Assembly: GCA_051942205.1 (NCBI GenBank)
Contig: JAVECO010000031.1
Coordinates: 62,001 to 126,000, forward strand
DNA: 64,000 nucleotides
Source of the DNA: Coniocarpon cinnabarinum
Lineage: Eukaryota
Direction: 5' to 3'
Part shown: positions 57,987 to 64,000 of the stretch, piece after piece
Layout of the letters: every line of letters starts with the position of its first letter
Position numbering within the stretch: the stretch's first letter is position 1
Notes under the pieces: model-generated
The model's database searches: none
What the model saw: only the letters and a program-made list of their open reading frames with translations
What the model was told of the DNA's origin: nothing
Program-made: the position numbers and the translations under genes

Positions 57987-58798
57987 GGTTTGAGGGTTGC
58001 GCTATAAGCACTGTCGTGGAGGATCGTCAAGCAACTTCATCCAGGCTGCGGGTGTGTGTCAAAATGGACCGTCTATTGTTCACTTAGGAGCTCTCAATGA
58101 GGTAATGGAGGATTGACGAGTCTTTGTTGAGAATCTTGAGAACGCGACTTCAATCAGGGAGGGAGGCCTAGCGCTAGCAACTGGGGATATGGGGACTCGA
58201 GACAACGGATAGGGTCGCAAGTGTATCAAGGACGAAATTGATGGGTAGTATGAACAGGGAGATGGCAGGTATAGGCGTCAGTGTCCGTCAGCCGAAGTTG
58301 ATGCCAGCGTCTGAGTTGCTCAACAGCACCAAAATGTTTCAGCAATCATGGAGTGGCGCGAGTCATGCAAGGTCCATGATGGTCCGTGCTCCTCGGCGCC
58401 GATTGGGCATAGCGTCATTGGATGGAGCCTGGAAAACGAGATGGCTGGTTGAGATGAGCTGTAGTGCTTATACAGCTCTCAAGGCCTACTTCGAGGGCTG
58501 CAGTAGACGCAACGCAGATTGTTTCACTCTCGCACCTCGTAATCGCTCCCCGTGCATCCTCAACACATTGCTGAACTCTAGCAGCAGACGTCATCATTAA
58601 AGCTAATCTATCCGGCAGTGTAGTGAATTTAGGCTATCAAATAGCGAACGGAAAGCTTGTGCTGCAGACACATAAGATCGATCGTAAGAGCCGGTATCAG
58701 GTCAAGCAGCCCGATCTTAATTCCCCGGTCATGATGGTAGAAAGCCGTAGTTGACACCAACGTTCGCACCGGACCTCGTGCAGCGCAAAATCTGCGCC

Positions 58799-61700
58799 AT
58801 GTCGTTCTATGGAAAGGGTGGCCAACGCTTCAAGTCTCGCGCGCCAATGCCATCGCAGCCTCCGCAGCCTCCGCATCAGTCGTCCATGGCAGAAACTGCC
58901 GATTTTCACCCACTACGACAACATAGCATCTCACAAGATGACTCGCCCACAATACCAGTGAAGCAACCAATCGGACCAGATCCCACCTCTTACGCTGCTC
59001 GAGCACAGGGAAAGCCGTCTTTGCTGGTTGATACTTCCCCTCCCGAACGTCACAGATCGTATCATAACTCTGAAGAACCACAGTATGAACATACTTCAGG
59101 GACCGCGAGGCATCGCGTCCGAAAGGATTCAGTTCCGGATCGGTCGCCGCTCCAGAACTTAGAAGTAACCTTTGGCGACATGACAAAGGAAGAGAAACGA
59201 GCAAGAGTAGAAGAGGCTGAGCGAGATCTGAGGGTTAGGCGTGAGGGGAATATTGATCATGGAAGATCGATTCCTCGCAAGCCCGTTGGGTCAATGAACG
59301 GGAGCAGCCTCAGCAATGGCCGTTCCCACACTTCTTCTTCGAGGCGTCAGACGGACGCTGGTCCGCAATCTTCGTCTCGAAGCAAAAGGCAGCGACAAAG
59401 CTCGCTTAATCTGGAATCATTTCCCTCTCGTGATCGGAGGTATGGTTATGATGCCTCACGCACTGGTGGAGCTGCGGCCGCAGCTGTGGGTGCATATCAG
59501 TCTGCACGTCATCAGCCTCTTTCACAAACTGAGCACCTTGGTCAGGACCCGTATGGACCTCCCAGATACCACGATGACAATCACAATCACAATCAACGCG
59601 TCAACCAGCACGTCACACCCCAGCCTGCCGTTCGATCAGCAGACGTAAATCGCAGCAAAAGCACTGGCAACCGAAATCCTTCTGCAGTCCCAAAAGCCCA
59701 AAAAGTTCTCGGATCGGAGAGGGTGGGCGCGCAGGCAAGCGCACCCATCACACAGCATGCTCAGGAACCTGACCCGATCCCTCCAAGTCAGGTTCGTAGA
59801 AACGAAGCAGGTCCTCCCTACGAAGTTCCACCGCAGACTGCTGCCGGACAGGAAGCTCGAGAAGCCGTTGGTCTTGACAGCGAGCAGTTTGCTCATGAGA
59901 CATATGGTGGTCGTGGCGGTCGCTTAAAATTTTCGCAAGTCGTACATCCTTTCACCGATGGCACTGGACGTCGCTACAAAGACGTTGAGTATCTCGATGA
60001 TTGGAAGCATGCCAGTACTGGAACTTTGACTGCGGCGGAGATCGATTTAGATCCTACCGGCGACCAACAGGCGTGGTGGGAGCGAGAACGAAATTCAAGT
60101 CGCACCAGCCGTGGAAGAGCTGGTGCTCCGACTAGCTTTGTCACGGGCTCAAATGAAGACGGCACTGGTCGAACAGCTTTCAACCCCCCTCTTTCTCTTA
60201 AATGTGGGCCGTTGCTTCGCTATACCGGCATGAGAAAAGACAAGTTACCTGGTGCGGTTGAAGGCGGCAAACAATTCTGGAGAGGCTCAGTCATGATCGT
60301 GACTGAAGATGCGACCTCGTCCACGGAAGCTGCTCCCATCCTTCGTTTGTTTGCTCAACCCAAGGATCTTTACCAGCCTCCGCTGTCGGGTCGAGATCAA
60401 GTCAATGGAGAAGCGAGACATGTCGTAGAAGATCCTGTTGCAGGGCAGACCAAATGTGGTTCGAGAGGTCAGACGTTGTATGTCAAACATGTCAGTCAAT
60501 TAACTCCAGAAACAGATCTTTCCATGGAAGATGGAGAAAACGGACTCTTTACCTCTCAGGCTGGCTCTAAGTCTTCAACGGCCATGTCAGTACAGCTAGA
60601 TGGAGAGCAGTTGGGGCGCACCAAAGAGGTCAGGGGGCATAAGCTACATCACGAGCGAGGTCTCACGTTTTGGCGTTTCAACATTGAAGTGGAGCTGAGA
60701 GATCAGGCGAGCCGCATCGCATACCGCGTCAATGGGGGACCCACAAGTGCGTTCTGGGTCCCAGCAAAAGACGAGCCCATGAGCATAATGTTTCACAGCT
60801 GTAATGGCTTTAGCCTCAGTGTGGACCCGAACAAGTTTTCAGGACCAGATCCATTATGGCGGGACGTGCTGAATACACATCAACAAAAGCCTTTTCATGT
60901 AATGATTGGGGGCGGTGATCAAATATACAACGATGCAGCGATGCGGGATACTCACCACTTTCAAGAGTGGCTCAAAATCAGGAATCTGGAACACAAGTAC
61001 GGAGCGCCTTTCTCCGAGGTCCTCCAGGACGAGCTTGAGACCTTTTACCTGCATAGGTATGCCATGTGGTTCTCTCAGGGTCTCTTCGGCATGGCAAATG
61101 CTCAAATTCCAATGATCAACATCTGGGATGATCACGACATTATCGACGGCTATGGAAGTTACCCTCATCATTTTATGAGCTGTCCCGTCTTCACTGGTCT
61201 AGGAGCCGTAGCTTTCAAATATTACATGCTTTTCCAGCATCAGAGCCTTCCCCCTGAAGATCATACGACAGAGCCTTCATGGGTCTTGGGCATCTCGCGA
61301 GGGCCGTACATCAACCAACGTAGTCGAAGTGTCTATATGTCCTTGGGCCATGAGATGGCCTTCCTAGGTGTTGATTGTCGAACGGAACGTATGCGTGATG
61401 AGGTGCTCAGTCATGAGACTTACAATGTGATCATGGATCGCTTGGATCGAGAGGTGCAAAAAGGCGAAGTGAAACATTTGATCGTGCTTCTGGGCATACC
61501 AATCGCGTATCCGCGCATGACCTTTGCGGAAAACATACTTACATCTCGCGCCATGGATCCTATCAAGGCCCTTGCGAGGTCTGGAGTCATGGGTGGAGTT
61601 GTCAATAAGTTCGACGGCGGCATTGAAGTGCTCGATGATCTCGATGATCACTGGACTGCAAAACATCACAAAGAAGAGCGTCATTGGCTTATTGAAGATC

Positions 61701-64000
61701 TTCAAGATTTTGCTGCTGAAAAGTCGGTGCGTATCACCATCTTGGGTGGGGACGTTCACTTGGCTGCAGTGGGTCAATTTTACAGTAAAAAGAAATTGGC
61801 TGTGCCCAAAGATCATGACCACCGTTACATTCCGAACATCATTTCGTCAGCCATTGTCAATACACCACCTCCTGAAGCGATGGCGGACTTTCTCAACAAG
61901 CGAAACAAAGTTCACCATTTTGATGACATGACTGATGAAGATATGATACCATTGTTCACGGGCGATGTCGATGGTCAAGCACGCAACAATCATCATTTGC
62001 TGCCAAGGCGCAACTACTGCACGATTCGCCCGTACGGCGGGGAAATGGATGAGTCGCCACCTGCGTCGATTTCCAATTTTGAAGACTCTCCACCCCGTCG
62101 GCGACGCAGCTTTTCTCTGACCCGACGAAATTCTTCAACCAGTCAAGATGGAAGTCGTAAGCCCAGCTTGTTGCGAAGGCTGTCAAATCGTGTCGCCCCG
62201 CCGTCATCCTATCGCGGTCCAGCAGACGTGCCATCAGGATCTCAAAATCCGTACTATTCACAGGGCATTGACCCCAGGGTGGACGGCAATCAGAGCGCTC
62301 ATACGTCAACGCCTACTTCGGCACACGGTTCATCTACAGCAGTGGCGTCTGAGCCCGGATCGCGGTTGCAACGAAGCAATTCATACCTGCGTCGGCCGAA
62401 CATAGGCGCAGATCCCAAAGCGTGGGCTAAGGATCCATCGGGACGTCAAGGCCACATTGATCTCACAAGTGGACTTGAGGTCGTCATCAGATGTGAGGTC
62501 AATCAGAAAGACCCTTCCGGAAGGACCCAGCACTACCGACTTCTCGTGCCTGCGCTTGATTACCAGAGAGAAGCTGCATATCATAGAAGGCAGCCTAAGC
62601 GGAGCAGTATGGCCGGACTTTTGGGTAGTATTCGCCGAAGAAAAGATCAGCAGAATAACGTTCAAGAAATGCCCTACGAGACGAATGAGCCGGCAACGCC
62701 TGCAATGGCTGGCGATCAGCGCTACACAACGATGATGGAAGACCGAGAAAAGGCTGCGCTCGGTGCAACCACTGCGCGGAATACTGATCGTACGACAGCT
62801 GCACAGGTGTTGAATGGCGAGGAGGCACGTTTGAGTCCACCAATGTCGCCAAGGAATCTACGCGAAAGAGCCACTTTAGATTCTTTACCGCGTTCTGGAG
62901 TCGTCGAGACAGACATGCCTGCTGAAGTGCCGCGTCAACCATATCATGAGCAGAGACGGGGCTCACTGGATCAACATAGAGCTCATGCCTCTGTCGGCAG
63001 ATCTCGATCTCTTTCTGACAGATCGAATTCGTTCAAGAGAACCCGCCCCGAACAGAATCCTGAATCTTCAGAAGACAGGGCTATGTGGGGTGCGAAGCAG
63101 GTTCGTGGAGAACTGCAATCTAGTCAGTCTACTCGAACTTGCGAGCAAGAGAAGGGTCTCAGACGTTACTACGCTTCACCATTTGACTCGACGAAGCGGC
63201 AGGGGTACGATGACAGCCAATCGCCACCATTGCCATCGAAAGGACTAGCACCGCCCCTCGGCGCTGTGAACAATCGTGTTGATCTCATGCCTTCTCAGGC
63301 ACCCGGTCGTTCCGTCTCCGGTTCGAGTCATCAGAGAAAGGCCACAAATGCTGATGCACGAAGGGTCGTCAGCGATCCGGCGAGGAATAAAAAACAAGCC
63401 AACCAAACGACTGCAGCAGCAGCCATGCCAAGTCGCAGCAATCATCGTAGTGTCGAAAAGGATCCCTATGCCCATGTAAGTCACCTCACTGCCCCCAACA
63501 TCTGAAGTTATGAGCTGACTCCGCGCTTCACTAGTACATGCCAGAGGCAGTGGAAGCCGAGTTCCAGTCCGACGAAGACGTCAGCGACCTCGATGACGGC
63601 TATCGCCACCACAACAATCACAACCACGACGGCATCTCCGAAGTGTCATCTCTAGGAGATAACGAGCACATGTCTCGCCACGGTGAGCCTCGCGATGACT
63701 CCTTCGCCTCAACTCATACTAACACAAATGCAGCGCAAAACGGAGCCTACCGCGGTAGCCCACTCTACAGCGACGAAGATGACCTCGACGCCGATGACAT
63801 CTCGCCTGATATCCCCGCACAGTCTCCAGAGCGGAAGCGACACGGCGAACTGCAATCACGGTCACGTCCACAGAGCAAGATTGACAGACTGACGGGTGCG
63901 ACGGCCTCGGGTCAAAGGGCGAGCTATGCTAGTGGTCAGACGATGTCGGAAGATGAGGAGATGGGCGCCAGACCTGTAGGCCAAGGTGCGAGTGGCAAAG
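58799..64000 (+). CDS. Very large PhoD-like metallophosphatase-domain protein with long disordered N- and C-terminal regions; 3'-truncated
   Basis: LKCGPLLRY, MFHSCNGFS, FHVMIGGGDQIYND, NIWDDHDIIDGYGSY, DCRTER, LLGIPIAYPR, LDDLDDHW, ILGGDVHLAA. Intron 63476-63535, after which the frame stays open to the window end. Confidence 0.85.

Noticed and set aside
1..64000. Apparent phosphate/sulfate-scavenging theme (Vip1, nucleotidase, ASST, PhoG-like TF, PhoD)
   Set aside because: The genes are spread over 60 kb among unrelated loci, so there is no evidence of a functional cluster.
1..64000. tRNA, rRNA, CRISPR arrays, autonomous transposase or Starship captain
   Set aside because: None recognised by eye; tRNAscan-SE, Infernal and HMM searches would be needed to exclude them.

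Overview
Eukaryotic DNA from a filamentous ascomycete: short GT-AG introns with CTAAC/CTGAC branch sites and fungal gene families. The left part (1-25.2 kb) holds mostly conserved genes: the 3' part of the Vip1/Asp1 PP-IP5 kinase, mitochondrial GatA, a secreted 5'-nucleotidase-like metallophosphoesterase, an F-box protein, a BTB protein, a Pro/Ser-rich unknown protein, a TM-RING-H2 ligase, the Kha1 antiporter and a secreted arylsulfotransferase. An accessory-looking block (~25.7-41.3 kb) starts with a 506-bp TA-flanked foldback MITE. It contains a compact putative sesquiterpenoid cluster (alpha/beta-hydrolase, PTH11-like membrane protein, LaeA-like methyltransferase, class I terpene cyclase, P450) and a disrupted OTT_1508-like deaminase/MYND-finger fusion gene. 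The right part carries succinyl-CoA ligase beta, an Ndt80/PhoG-like factor next to a GH3-GNAT gene (the RON1/Rep1-NGS1 GlcNAc-sensing pair, without the catabolic genes), a PARP, Kex2 and a very long PhoD-like protein that runs off the window. Exon boundaries were read by eye and are approximate. All family calls rest on motif recognition, not database searches.
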